The notes beneath the pieces are model-generated. The model searched no databases, had not been told where the DNA came from, and saw only the letters and a program-made list of their open reading frames with translations. Position numbers and translations under genes: made by a program. Shown piece after piece: positions 26,014-39,130 of a stretch of 64,000 nucleotides of DNA. The DNA lies in contig CT868429.1 of the NCBI GenBank assembly GCA_000165425.1, positions 447,337 to 511,336 of the forward strand, in the 5' to 3' direction. Numbering within the stretch: the stretch's first letter is position 1; each line of letters opens with the position of its first letter. Source of the DNA: Paramecium tetraurelia. Lineage: Eukaryota.

Positions 26014-26712
26014 TCACATATGCAAAAATGAAGGTAATTTAAATCCCTATAATTTGGCAAATTATCTGAAACTAAGTAATGGACCAGCAGGATTAATAGT
26101 ATCGATATCATTTTATTTATTTAGGTGTATTTTTTTAAGATTGGTTCTTTCACTTATTTGACTTAACAAATTATTTGTTGAATGCATTAAGTTATTAAAT
26201 TTTTAATCACTATCATTTTATTTATTCATTTTGAGTTAAAAAAAAGAGGTGATTCTATCGTTACGGAGTTATTTGTTGTTATCAAATTTTTTTAAATGAA
26301 TTCTTTATTTTTGAATAGAATCTGAGTTGTTTGAGCCATATGTGTATTTTTTATTGCCTGTATTCTTTGAATCCACTTAAGAAAGTATTGTTTCACTTCC
26401 TTTTGATCTCTATAATCGATTTGTCATTGATTGAGATCTTAATTTCGTATCCGATCTTTCAGTTTATGGATGATTATCATAGTTCAAACTAATACAATTG
26501 AATGAATACTGATTTGATGAAATCTTATGAGCAGGTTTAAGATTAGCGAGGTTTTGGGGATTAAATTCAATTTATAGACAATTTGATTAAACTTTATCAA
26601 AGATTTGTTGTAGAGATATGGCTCTTATTTATTTTCTATTCTAAATGAATGGGAGCTCAGAGTTCATTTAGGATATCTTATACTTCTGGATTCCCCCAAC
26701 TAAATTATTCAT
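26014..26712 (-). CDS. Hypothetical protein
   Basis: Uninterrupted code-6 frame MNNLVGGIQKYKISQ...GFKLPSFLHM-TGA (about 232 aa). Confidence 0.6.
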
Positions 26713-26832
26713 TGTTTATTATCAATAAATATTGAAATAAAATAAATATAATAAAAGTATCTACGTCATAAAGATAGTTATATAAGCAGATGCAAAGATT
26801 TCAATTTAATATCATTAAATTCATATTATATA

Positions 26833-27251
26833 ATGAAGAGTATCTTATTGATAACACTATTGGCCATCACTTTTGCAGCAGATCCTGAGTAATGCTTAAA
26901 AGAAAGATGTCCAAATGAATATGCAGCCTGTCAAAAAGAAGTGTTTGGTTGTGCATCTGCTGCCATGAAATGTAAGAACTAATGTGGTGGTGATGATGCT
27001 GAATGTATGTTAAATTGTGCCTTGGCTTCCAAGAATGCCAAACTTATAGCATTGTATGAAATTCTTCTATTTTTAGAGCAGAATGTGGACATGAAAATTG
27101 CTAAGATGTTGCTTTCACTTATTGTGATATTTAAATTTGTGTGGAATCATTCAAATCTGAATGCATGACATCATAAGGACTCAAAGCATACTAATGTGCT
27201 GCTACTTTCCTTTAAAGACATTCAGAATGCCATTGCATAACCGAACTTTGA
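26833..27251 (+). CDS. Small secreted cysteine-rich protein (131 aa, 16 Cys)
   Basis: Signal peptide MKSILLITLLAITFA, then DPEQCLKERCPNEYAACQKEVFGCASAAMKCKNQCGGDDAECMLNCALASKNAKLIALAECGHENC...CHCITEL-TGA. One 23-nt intron at 27054-27076. Confidence 0.88.
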
Positions 27252-27414
27252 ACAGAAGATTAATACAACAAGATATTAGTATGAATACTATGATTTATAT
27301 CAATATCTTTAAATTGAAATGATTGTTCCAAAATTAGTCTATTTTGATTCATTCATAACGTCATCAAGGTCTTATAAATATAATCTTTATTTTACAAATA
27401 GATTATTTATAATT

Positions 27415-27660
27415 ATGAAGTCATTCATCTTTTGTTGTTCTTTTGACATTTGTAGTTGCATAAGATGATCTATTAGATTTACAAGTGAAAGTAAAATACC
27501 AAAATGAAGTTGCTGATTGTGACTTACTATGCTATTGCATTTACCAAAATTGTTCAAATTAGAACTCTTCTAATTATGACTGTTTTATTGATTGTGCAAT
27601 AAATTAGGGAACTAATTAGTATTGCCTTTGTAATTTTATTATCTTTCTTGATACCTTAAT
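27415..27660 (+). pseudogene. Frameshifted tandem paralog-like secreted Cys-rich gene
   Basis: Removing one T from the run at 27430-27433 gives MKSFIFVVLLTFVVAQDDLLDLQVKVKYQNEVADCDLLCYCIYQNCSNQNSSNYDCFIDCAINQGTNQY. As written, the frame stops after 17 codons. Confidence 0.55.
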
Positions 27661-28183
27661 CATAAAAATATTTTTTAAATTATTATACTATTCCATATTA
27701 TTTAACTATTTGTTTGATTATGAATCGTTACCTTTACTTAAAAATAATTCTAAGAACCAACCCTTTAATAAAGAATATTTTAAAAGAACAAGAAATATAT
27801 TCTTCGTATAGTTCTTATTTTCTTCTAAATTAATTGAATTAATTGCAAATAAATTTAAAAATCTTTTTTAGTACAGCATTATATAATATATATGTATAAC
27901 AATATTACATAATCTATAGATACATAAGAAAGTTCTTTAACTGAAGTAATTATTATAAATTAACTGCTTTGTTGGATGATGAATTAGAATTTGAAAAGTG
28001 TAAATGGAATACATAGATAGCCATAAATTTTCAAAGAATATTTATTAAAAGGATTAATGAAAGAGTTAAATAATTATTCTATATTAAAAGACATTTCATG
28101 AATAGACTAAGATAAATAAGAATGATTATTGAATAAAATATGACTAATAGATAGACTTGACAGAGAGAATAATGTTTAAAGAT

Positions 28184-28902
28184 TCACTTCAATGGTTTTA
28201 ATTTATTAGAGTAATTCAATTTATTGCTTTTTGCATATCTTGACATTTGTCTCCTCTTTTCCCATTCATAGTTGCTGTGGAAGACGACCTTGAGATGGCT
28301 TTCAACATCCATATCAAATACTATGTCTTTATTGCCAAATGGTTTATTGTAAACACCTGCTATTGTTTATGTGGAGGAGAGATGATGTAGGTTCTTGGCA
28401 AGAGATTCAAATTCAGTTCTTGCCAATTGTTCTTGTCTCACTTTCAATTATTAATTTTCATCAACTTCCACTTTCTTTAATTCTTCTAAGAAGTCTTGAT
28501 TTTTGGTTTTTAAGAATTCCAAATAGGCTTTCCTGGTAGACCAATTGATATAATATTTTCTGTAATGATAACCTCTGAAATGTCTTTGGATCTGAGTTGC
28601 ATGATAACTGAAATATTTAATATTCCTCTCATTGTATCTAGAGTCGTTGTTTCGTTTCATTAGCATTCTAGCTATATATCCACGAGCAAATTTCTATATA
28701 ATAACAGTTGACTATATAATCAATTTAATACATATCTGATTTTTATATAATGAACTCTTAATTTATGCATTTTATGCCAGGCCTAAATTCTGGTGGAAGC
28801 CTTGATCTCAGTCACTCTATTCTCACCACTCAACTTGGCCTAATGGTAATACAATTCCACAATTGACTGGAAATTATTCTAGATAAGCTATTGGTATTGC
28901 AT
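28184..28902 (-). CDS. SPATA17: Spermatogenesis-associated protein 17-like IQ-motif ciliary protein
   Basis: Three IQ motifs (STRIQAWHKMHKLR, IIQKFARGYIAR, ATQIQRHFRGYHYRK) and the C-terminal LHHLSSTQTIAGVYN signature. Confidence 0.8.
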
Positions 28903-29051
28903 TTATAATTATTATAATTAATAATAAATGTTCATAAGTCTTACATTAAGGACTTTAGTTTTCTTTATTGAAAATCCACAAACAAAATAATTTAAGGACT
29001 TTAATAGTTAAATCTAAGTCTTAACCAAGACACAACTTAATAATATTTAAT

Positions 29052-29555
29052 ATGAAACACCAATCAAACTCAGAAGAAGAATACATAGCAAATGTGTTAT
29101 CTGCTTTCCTTAAGATTCGATAATAAGAAGAGAAAAATATCGCAATACAACTGACTCAACTATTGCAATCATACAAGTAGGAGGACATAAAACAATTAAA
29201 AAACCTTAAAGTGGAGCAACGAGAACTAGTAGGTCAGATGAACTTAAACATAAAATAGGAACAGCATAAATCTAATTCTAATGAAAATACCTAATAACAA
29301 CTTAAAGCTCTTAAGCCCTCCTACACTAATAGTGAGAAAAAAGGAGACAAATATACAGAATATGGAATCTTGGAGGATGGGGCTTATACTTGTTTAAAGT
29401 GTTAAAGCAAAATCAAAAGAACTTAGGATCTGCTCAAACACTGGACTGTATAGCATGGGAGGTAAGCTATACCTAGGAGAAAACGAAACATGATAAATGA
29501 GGATACTTAATGCATCAAAAAGGTATCGTAAGAGAATCCTAAATTAGAAGCCTGA
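29052..29555 (+). CDS. Single C2H2 zinc-finger protein
   Basis: MKHQSNSEEEYIANVL...YTCLKCQSKIKRTQDLLKHWTVQH...PRRKR (NLS-like)...PKLEA-TGA. Start codon uncertain. Confidence 0.7.
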
Positions 29556-29623
29556 ATTTGAATTATGAGTTCTCTATAAATAATTTAAAAATATATTATT
29601 AATTTAATTTAAATAACTAACAG

Positions 29624-31529
29624 ATGTCCGCAGCTTAAACTCTTTACAATGCTTAGTGCTCCAATAATGATCATAAGGCACAAATAACTAACTATTGTGC
29701 CTGTATTGACTGTTTGAGACCTCTCTGTCCAGAGTGCATCTAAGAACATTACCAATTTCATGTGTAGGCCAAGACACCGGCTGCTATCTAAAGTATTCTC
29801 AATACAAGAACTAATTGCGAAAGGAAAATTGGAAAAGCAGTTGAATAATTGAAAAAAGTAATTAGAATAGATCTATATCATCTAAGGAATATGAGTAATA
29901 TGATATTCAATATTTTTTTAATCCTGATGAGATACTAAATTAGGAAATCTCAAGGATGAATGAGGCCAAATAGTAGATGATTGAAATCATACATCTCTTT
30001 TTTAAATAGATAGAAAACCTTCTTGAAACTAAAGTCAAGGAAAATTTATTAAAAGTAAAATCACATATTGAATTTCAAGGTTAAAAATATCGGTGGTATT
30101 TTCCAAAGAATTTAAACCGTGATAGAATAACTAGAAATCTTAAGAAACAATCTTCTTACTAGCCCCGACCCTTTCTCACATTTTCATAAAGCCTGTCGAT
30201 TAGATGTTAAATCTTTGCTTGATCGTTATAAATCTGATTTGAAGAAATCAATTAAATCCAAAGAATTAGGTATCACTATATATTGAATAATAAGATCCAA
30301 TAAATGTTCACATTGACGAACATAAACTCTTCAATCTTAAAAATGAGTTAAGTAAAATTATTATAATTCAAACGACTGATCATGAAGAAGCCGGAGATAA
30401 TGTTTCAGTCTTATCTAAAAACAAGGATTAGAGCATCAATTACAGTGTACAAGGAGTGTATGCACAGTAGACAAATAATCCTTAAGGTGGACCTCCCCAT
30501 TTTTAATAGAAGCCAAGCAAACAATAAATGAGTAGTCTTGGAGATAATGATGAACCATAATATGGAGCAATTTCAAATTAAGACTTTTAGATTTCTAGAC
30601 CTAATTATTTTGTGGGTCAACATAAATTCTTACATTTTATTATCAATAAGGCTAATGTGATGAAGATCTGCAATTTAGAAACTAAGTAATGGATGACTTT
30701 TGAAATTGATTATGAAGTCCCTGAATTTCATAGATCTATTGTTGCTCCAAATGGTGATATCTATATAACCGGAGGATTGATTGACTATAAAGATAATAGA
30801 AAGGAACCTATTGTGAGAAGATATACATTGGATGGCAAGATGTAATAAATTGGGTAACTGTCAAATCCGAGATCATCCCATTCAATGGTCTATTGCAACT
30901 AAGCCATTTATATACTATGCGGTTATTAAGAGCATAGGAAGATGTCTTACAGTTTGGAGAAATACAATTTTCATACACAAAAAATGGAATTATGTGCTCC
31001 TTGTAAGACACCAGCTAATTCACCTGCTTGCTGCGTTTTCAATGATAGATACATTTATAAGTTTGGTGGATATGATTAAAATGGATGGAACCTATTAATT
31101 ATAGAGAGATATGATACTCACGAAAACAAGTGGTAGCATATTGACCCTGAAATCAGCTAATAGGAATCTTCAAAATTCCAAACCATGTATCAATGTTCAT
31201 CTTGCGTTTAAATTAATAAAAATAACATCTATGTTTTTGGTGGTTATGATAATGATGATAAAGGAGTCTCGTTCTCATTCCTTTTAAAAATAGATGACAA
31301 ACACACAATTCATCAAGTCAATAATAAGCCCTTATTGTATCCTGAAGGATTTTGGAACAATTAAGTAATTATCATAGCTATTCAATATTAGGTTATTATT
31401 CACGACCATAAGTTGTTTGTTTTGTAGAACATAGAGGTTGATGGTAATTAAATTGATGAATTTAATAGATCCCTATTATGTTTTGATGGGTAGGGATGGA
31501 ATGAATTATAATATTAAATTTCTAATTGA
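29624..31529 (+). CDS. B-box-like Zn finger / coiled-coil / kelch-repeat protein
   Basis: N-terminal CSNNDH...YCACIDCLRPLCPECIQEH. Kelch blades DIYITGG, FIYYAVI-region, YIYKFGG...IERYD, NIYVFGGY. Ends QISN-TGA. Confidence 0.82.
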
Positions 31530-31739
31530 ATTATTTAAATTTATCATATAAAATCATATCAAAAATAATAACTCATTCTCATCATAACTGAAATCTATCA
31601 TATTCATAAGAAAATAAGAGAATTTACTCCAAATTTAGATCACTTCTATTGTCTTGTTGAAATAAGTTACAAATTTTTATAATCAATTAGATATTCATGA
31701 AAAATGATTAAATGGATTTATATTTGAAAAGATTTATTC

Positions 31740-32499
31740 TCATGAACTTTCTTGATGCTGCTAACCTTTTGCTGATCCGTTTACGAATTTAGCTTCAAAT
31801 TCTTTAGGTGGAAGGCTTTAAGCTAAATTGACTTTTTCTTTTGTTTAATTTTATCTCTGTATTGTATATTGCAAATTTGATAGTTCAAGCTATTCAAGCT
31901 ATTCCAACTCTCTTATTTTTTAATCATAATCGACCTTCTCTTTGATAACTTTATCCTTCTCTAATTCTACATCATATCTAATCTTATCTCTTCTGTCCTT
32001 CAACTTATGTAATGTATTTAAGTTAGCTTGCTTTTCCTCAAGTTTCCCTTATATAACCTTACTTCGAAAGGTCTCGTGATCCATGCTTCTCTATAATTTT
32101 GTTTCCTTTAGATCATGTTTATGCCAATCCCTGAATTCCTTAACTTCGGTTTTTTTTCTCAATAGCATTTCCGACTTGATTAATTTCAAAGTCTCTCTTT
32201 GAGCTCTTGAAACACCCAAGGAGAAGGGTGGAGGAGCCTCTACCTTCTACCTTATTTTCTCTTCTTTCTAAATAATTGTCATGATGAATTTGTACTTTTA
32301 ATTGTAATTCTAATCTATGCTTGTAGATTTGTTCAGCTTTCTAATCTTCAGACTGTATTTTTTTTAGTATTTTTTCACGCTCTTATCTAATTTGATCGAT
32401 TCTATTTTTAATTTTCAAAGTCTCTTCTTCTGCATTCTTTTTCTCAACATAAGTAGTAAACAAACTTTTATTCACTATTTTTGGTAGCTCTCCTGACAT
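31740..32499 (-). CDS. Coiled-coil hypothetical protein
   Basis: MSGELPKIVNKSLF...EEETLKIKNRIDQIRQERE...ELEQLEQLELSNLQYT...QESS-TGA. One intron. Confidence 0.72.
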
Positions 32500-32580
32500 T
32501 TGTTGATTATTATTAATATTTCTATAAAATTTGGTGATGCAAGTGAGTTTTGCATTACAAATAAAACATACAAATAAATA

Positions 32581-33730
32581 TCATATAAGCTTTTATATCT
32601 ATAGTGGCAATTCTAAAGATGTTTCTAAGCTACATATTTCTGACTTTGTTGAATGTTTACGAAAGTTTCTGTCATCAAATTATTTATCAACAAGCAATTG
32701 TTAACTAATTTTCTAATGTGATGATTTTCTACTCTGAACTGCTGTTTAACTACTTGATAAACTATTGAATTTCTTTCCCAAATTTAAAAATAGTGGGCAA
32801 TCAGATCGAATTTTGTCTTCTGATCCTTTCAATGCCATCATTAATGATCTTAGTTGTCTATTCTTTATTCCTTCCTAAGCTATCTGTAATGCTTCTTTTC
32901 TTTCTCTCTACCTTTGAATCTTTTTCAATTTGTAATCCCTTTCCAAATTAACTTGTTCTAAATCAAAATCTTTTATCAAGGTCTATTGTGTTTATTTGAT
33001 CATTCTTATCATTTGAGATGCATACTTTTTATATTCTTTATTTTATTGATTTATTTTTAAGATAATCTTAAATATACACAATCATTTACATTGCTTTTAT
33101 TTGGAGACTGGGATTTAGATAAAACATTTTCTGAAATTTCTTTATAATTAGTTTATAAATTTGCAGAAATTTTTAATTAATCCTGAACTCTTAAAGAATT
33201 CTTTTGATCTCCCTCTTCTTGTTCTTGATCCAACTCAAGAATACATTAATTATGGATGGAACTTTACGATTAGTATTTCATACTACTATCTGGTTACGTA
33301 TGATTAACATCTAAGAGTCCTGTATATTGAATATAATATATATACTTATTATGTTTAAAGTGTCTTCGATTTTGGATACGTGCTTCAAAGGAGATATGGA
33401 GTATTATGATTCTAAACTCGTATCTTTCTATTCAGTTATTGAAATATTCTTAGAAATTTTGGATTGGGACATCTAAGAATCACTGTGGGCCAAAGAACTA
33501 ACTTGAAGGTACTTTCTAATCGTATATGCCTTATCTAACTATAATTCTTTGGTCCTTTTCACCTTTCTGTTATTGACTTTATTCTATAAGTGTTGTGAAA
33601 ACAGGTAATTAGAATGTTCAATTTATCCTTTCTAAGGGGATCCTGTGGTTTTTATGGAAATAGCTGGAAAATAATGATGCTATTTTTTCTGGGGAGATAA
33701 AGATATTTGTGAATTTTAGGATTAACTCAT
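32581..33730 (-). CDS. Hypothetical protein with coiled-coil C-terminal half
   Basis: MSQSQNSQISLSPQKK... open in code 6 with tiny introns; ends LELPLQIQKLI-TGA. Confidence 0.65.
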
Positions 33731-33785
33731 TTTTAATTCTTAATTGAATTAAATAATTAAATAATTTCAAGAGAATATAAAGTTA

Positions 33786-34989
33786 TCATTAACATTTAAT
33801 TATAGAGTTTAAATCTTGATAAGACTATTACGAGAAATTTCTTGGTTTCTTAAGTAAATTCCGATTTAGTAAATTACTGCTCTCCTATATCTTCTTAAGA
33901 ATCAGAATCTTCTCTTATTATTTTACAGAATTTATTTCCACTTCTTATGGCTTATCAATCGATGGCAGACAACTATTCAAACTCAATGATCTTTTCTTTT
34001 TATTTTTTTTAAAAGAACTTAATTGATCCTCTAATTCCTCGCTTTTTTTAAATGCTAATTACACATGTCTGTTAGATGGTTTTGATTAGAGTAATTTTAC
34101 TAATCTCTCTTGCTCCTTAAACCTCAAAGACTTTATTATTTCTTGCTTTCCATTTTCTCTTTCTTTCGATCTTTAATATTACTGCTCCTTTTAAATCCTT
34201 TAAGCTTGTTGAATCTATTCGGTTACTTCGCCCACAAGATGAAGTGACTTTTATTTCATTTTTTTCAATATAGAATCAGAACGTTATCTAAAAAACCAAT
34301 CTTCTTGCTCTCTTATTTTAGTGAAAATCTAAATTTATATCTAAATTTACTGATACTTGGCTTTTCAATGGTTTTGGTCTGCGTCTCTTTTTATCCCTCG
34401 GTTAATGAATTGTATCACAGACTATCAATTGATTTTCTTATATCTCTTTATTAATTTCTTTGATTGTTTCATCCCAACATTTCTCGTATAACTCTTCAGA
34501 TTTGTCAGTTGATTTTCGATCTTTGCTAGATTGGTCTCTAAGTTTTGCTTTCATTTCGTAATTCTCTAAAATTAAATTAAATTTACATCTAATTTTACTG
34601 ATTTATTTTAGATAATATTTATTTTATCTGGCAATCTCTTTCTTCTTTTATTTGATTAATTAATTTATATTGACAATCTCTAAAGCATTTAATTCACTTT
34701 AATCTGAGGTTTTATTAAGTTAACTCTATGCACTTATAGAGCAATTATCTTTCGACTGATTAGCTTAAGCAACCTGATAGTTCATAGTAATGTTATCCTA
34801 AGATTAATTAGTCTGCATTTGATTTTATTTTGAGATTATCTGTTAAGACTTACATCTATTGGCTCTATTCAATAAAACTGTCTTATTGATTTCCCCATTA
34901 TCAATAACGATAGGTTAAACAGATGGTAGATATAATTTATTTATTTTCTCTGAATATTTTTTCATTGGTTTTGCAATTTAATCACTCAT
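33786..34989 (-). CDS. Coiled-coil hypothetical protein
   Basis: MSDQIAKPMKKYSEKINKLYLPS..., K/E/Q-rich; ends DLNSIIKCQ-TGA. Confidence 0.65.
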
Positions 34990-35795
34990 ATAAAAATTAA
35001 TATTTCAATTTAATTATTAAGTAACACTATCAAAAAGATTAATCACAATTAGTAGTTAAATATTATACCTAAAAATATAAATAGAATGGTCTCGTTTCTC
35101 TTAAACTGATTTTTAATTAAAATGTTAAAATGCAATCATCAATTTAATTTTTTGTATATAACTATAAATTATCAAAATTATAGACAATATTCCATCTACT
35201 TTAAAATTTTAAATGGAACTAAAATTAGCATTTACAACAGAAACCATATATTGATAGATTAAAAATATTATTTTAGAAACAACAACTAGCTTATTCTTCT
35301 CTTGCACTAATGCAAAAGGATTACTAAAACATTAGAATAGTGTTAAAAGACATAATTATTTCAATAGTCAATTTTATCTATAAAAATGTATTTGATAATA
35401 ATGATAAAATTAGAAAAGTTAGAGAATTTTATCAGAAACAAATATTTAAAGATATAAATTATACTCTACTTGATATATTAACATTTCAATCTTGATTCTG
35501 ATTATTTGAAACAAAAATAAATATGGAGAATTGAGTATTAAGTTATTTCTGATTTTCGAAGAGAACATATAAAGGGTATCTATTTTATTAATATATAGCC
35601 AAAATGGATTAGATTTAGTCGAAATACAAATTTATATTATGAATGAGATGCCTATTAAAATTCTTATTAAAATATTATTATACCTTAGTATAAGTAATTT
35701 TATACTGATAAGGCATATCTACTGTTGAGATGTTTATTATGCAAAGAATATATATATATAATAGTGTATAATTAGATCTTGTAATAAATATTTTA

Positions 35796-37128
35796 ATGAA
35801 TTGCTTAACACATAGTGGTGTTTTTAAATCATTATGGACTCGTCCATTGTATAAAGCAGGCAATTTGTATACTTGGGGTGTTCACAGTTTAGGATGTGGA
35901 ATCAATCATGATTCATAGAGTGATCAATTAAAACCAAGGAGAATTGATGCTTTCAATGGCAATGTCTAAAAAGTATATCCAAGTGAATACTTTACAGCTG
36001 TGATTACAGGTATTGATATTTAAATAGATGATAAGATAATGGTGATTTGTATACATTTGGTAACAACAATTATGGATAATTGGGATTGGGAAACACTGAA
36101 GAACAATAAACACCATAACTTGTGAAATACTTTAGAGATAAGGGATTAAAGGTTGTAGATGTAGCATTGGGATCAAATCACGGAGTAGCCTTGGCTTGTA
36201 ATAAATATAAATAATATGACAGCTGATGGGAATGTTTATACTTGGGGAAGTGCAAATAATTCATTTTTAGATTAATTATTATGCAGACCTAATGGATTAG
36301 GTGATAATTACACCAATAATCTCCTTTAACCATAAGTTGTCGAGAAATTGGCTGGATCAGCTAAGGGTAAATTTGTGAGTGCTGGCATTAACTACTCAAT
36401 TGTAGTAAATGAAAACAACCAAGTCTATGTATGGGGAGCTGGCAAAAGAGGAGAACTCGGTAATGGATGCAGTTTGAACTTCAAATATCCTGAATTGAAT
36501 CCCATTTTTGAATAATTAGCTAAATCTGGCTACACAATCTAAAAGATTAAGTCATGCTTTGCTGGAACATTGGCATTATTAAGTAATTGCTTATTATTAA
36601 AATCTATTTTCAGATGAAGGAATTGTAGTAGGATGGGGAAGAAGTTATTATGGTTCTTTGGGAGTCAGATAATAAGAATATGTTGTCACAGATTTAGTAA
36701 TAATAATCTTTAATCATAAGGAAAATTACTCTCCCACACCAGTGAATTTGAAGTATTTCCAACCAAACGAAAAGGTTGTGGATTTCGATTTAGGATATAA
36801 TCTTTCTCTCTTCCTAACTGATTAGAATAGAATTTATCTATCAGGCTATGATGAGACCTATGTACCAAGACCTATCGACCTTCCAAAGGATGAGAAGATT
36901 CTTAAATTCTCTGCTTCTAATAACAGCTTTGCCATTTTAACTGGTATGTGAAGGGATATATTAATGTTAGATAAAAACTTCTACACTTCCAATGAGTACG
37001 TAATTCCTCAATAGAAAAGGAATTTGGGATTCTTGTTCAAAAGTCAACCAAGAGAATTGTTTGAGTCTACTAATATTGAACAATTTGGAGGAGGATATAG
37101 GGTCAGATATGCAGTAGTAAATAATTGA
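35796..37128 (+). CDS. RCC1-repeat (beta-propeller) protein
   Basis: Repeats GNLYTWG, GDLYTFGNNNYGQLGLGN...VVDVALGSNHGVAL, GNVYTWG, VSAGINYSIVVNENNQVYVWGAGKRGELGNG, VVGWGRSYYGSLG. Confidence 0.88.
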
Positions 37129-37240
37129 TATAATGCCTACATCTAAATCAATATAAAATAAAACATTATTTTTTTTGTCATGGTATTATTACGAATAAAT
37201 TTGAAAAAAAAATCAAATAAATTAAAAAGGATATAATTTA

Positions 37241-37853
37241 ATGGGTAAATAATATGCAAGAGAGCCAGCTGTTGCAAAAAATTCAGCCAAAGCCAAAGCA
37301 AGTGATTTGAGAACTCATTTCAAGAATACTTATGAAGTAGCTAGAGCAATCAAAGGATAAACACTTGCTTAAGCTCTTAAATATATGCAAGACGTTCTTT
37401 AACACAAGAGATGTGTTCCTTTCACAAGATTTAATGGTGGAGTAGGAAGAACAGGTTAAGCTAAAGAATTCGGCAGATCTCAAGGTATTTGATTTGATTA
37501 ATTGATTCTTAGGTAGATGGCCAGAAAAGAGTGTTAGAATTGTGTTATCTCTCTTATAAAACTTGGCAGCCAATGCTCAAGTCAAAAATTTGAGTAACGA
37601 AAAATTGATCATCAATCATGTCTAAGTCAACAGAGCTTAAAAGGGAAGACGTCGAACATACAGAGCTCACGGAAGAATCAATCGTAATTTAATTATTTAT
37701 ATATTTTCAAAGCTTTCCTATCATCAAATGCTCACATTGAAATTTGGGCTGCTTAAAAAAGATGAAAATGTTAAAAAAGAAGCCAATAATAAGGTTGTCG
37801 CTCGTTAATCAAGAAAACAAGCTGCAAGATCTAAATTAGCTATTGGAGCATGA
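37241..37853 (+). CDS. RPL17: 60S ribosomal protein L17 (uL22); C-terminal tail out of frame by one extra A
   Basis: [24 protein letters not shown]...[19 protein letters not shown]...GRWPEKS...[22 protein letters not shown]. Introns 37485-37512 and 37684-37712. Confidence 0.95.
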
Positions 37854-37926
37854 GAATATATTAATATAAGTATATTAAAATAAACAAATTGAACAATTAA
37901 TGAATCTCTTCATTTATTCATATTAC

Positions 37927-38996
37927 TCAATTCTATTATGTTCCCAAAGTTGGGAAGTCATCTGAATTGATTGGTTTCTATTTAACCAACTACTTGGGTG
38001 TTTTTTGATTAACACTTTTTTGAACCAATTAATACTATTATTGCGATTCCCCTTTTTAAAAGTCTTACTATTATTACTGATAAATCATTACGTTATTTTA
38101 TCTGTTTCCATTATTTCTATCGAATCTTCCCTTCCCTTTTTAATTCTTGTAATCTTCATTTTGTTATATCTCCTACTATCCATAATTTTATCGGCCTTTC
38201 CCTTTTGAAAAACCAGAATGTTTATTGTCCCTATCATGCCTCTCTTCATCCCTTTCATAATCATCAAATTAATGCGACTTTTTATTTGATATCATTGCAC
38301 ATTTCTTCAAATTTAATTATTTATGAAATTCATCTAAGTAGTTAATGCTTTGCATCATAACAGAGTCAATTTATAATTTAGATTTATTGTTCATCAAATA
38401 AGTGAATATCTCATCTGCACATTATTCGCTCTGACATGTCAATGTTAATTTAATTAAACTTTTATCTGCCTAATAAATTTCTTCTTCAAACTATAATTAT
38501 TCACTATTCTATCCCACATTTTTAAGTGATTCCTTAATGCTACTAATGTTGGATGCTCCAGATTTTATTTGGATTCTCTTCCTCAAACTACGAAAATATG
38601 GTCTTATTAATAATTGACTGTGATCAAAGCTCCATAATTAATTATCATACTTTTTCAGTATCTATATTTATGAATTATATCATAATAATACAGCTGTTAA
38701 GATCAAATGATATTGCTTTCTGTCATTCTATTCATTTTGCACATACTTATTCTTTATTGAATTTTCTCTCTAAACTACTACATATTATAACAAATAATGA
38801 TCTGGTTTTGCAAGATCCGTTTCGAATTTTCTTACTAAATACTCATTGTTTAGCAAATTGTCATATTTGAATAGCTCAATCATCTATAAAATTTAGTATC
38901 AATCATTACAGCATTTTCCAGTCTTGAGAATTGATCTTCATACTAAAAATAATCTAATTATCATACCTTATCTGATATACTTTCGAGGGAAATCAT
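37927..38996 (-). CDS. Divergent La-related protein (LARP4-like La motif + RRM)
   Basis: LFKYDNLLNNEYLVRKFETD (La-motif-like), LLIRPYFRSLRKRIQIK, LTLTCQSEQCADEIFTYL (RRM-like), low-complexity tail ending DDFPTLGTQQN-TGA. Confidence 0.55.
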
Positions 38997-39130
38997 ACAA
39001 ATAGATATTACTTTTATTTAATTTCACTTAAAACATATTCAAATATACATTATTTAACAGAGTCTTATTGTTGATAAGCAACATAATGAAAGAACAAAGA
39101 AATATAAATAATTAACTAAAACATAAAGCT

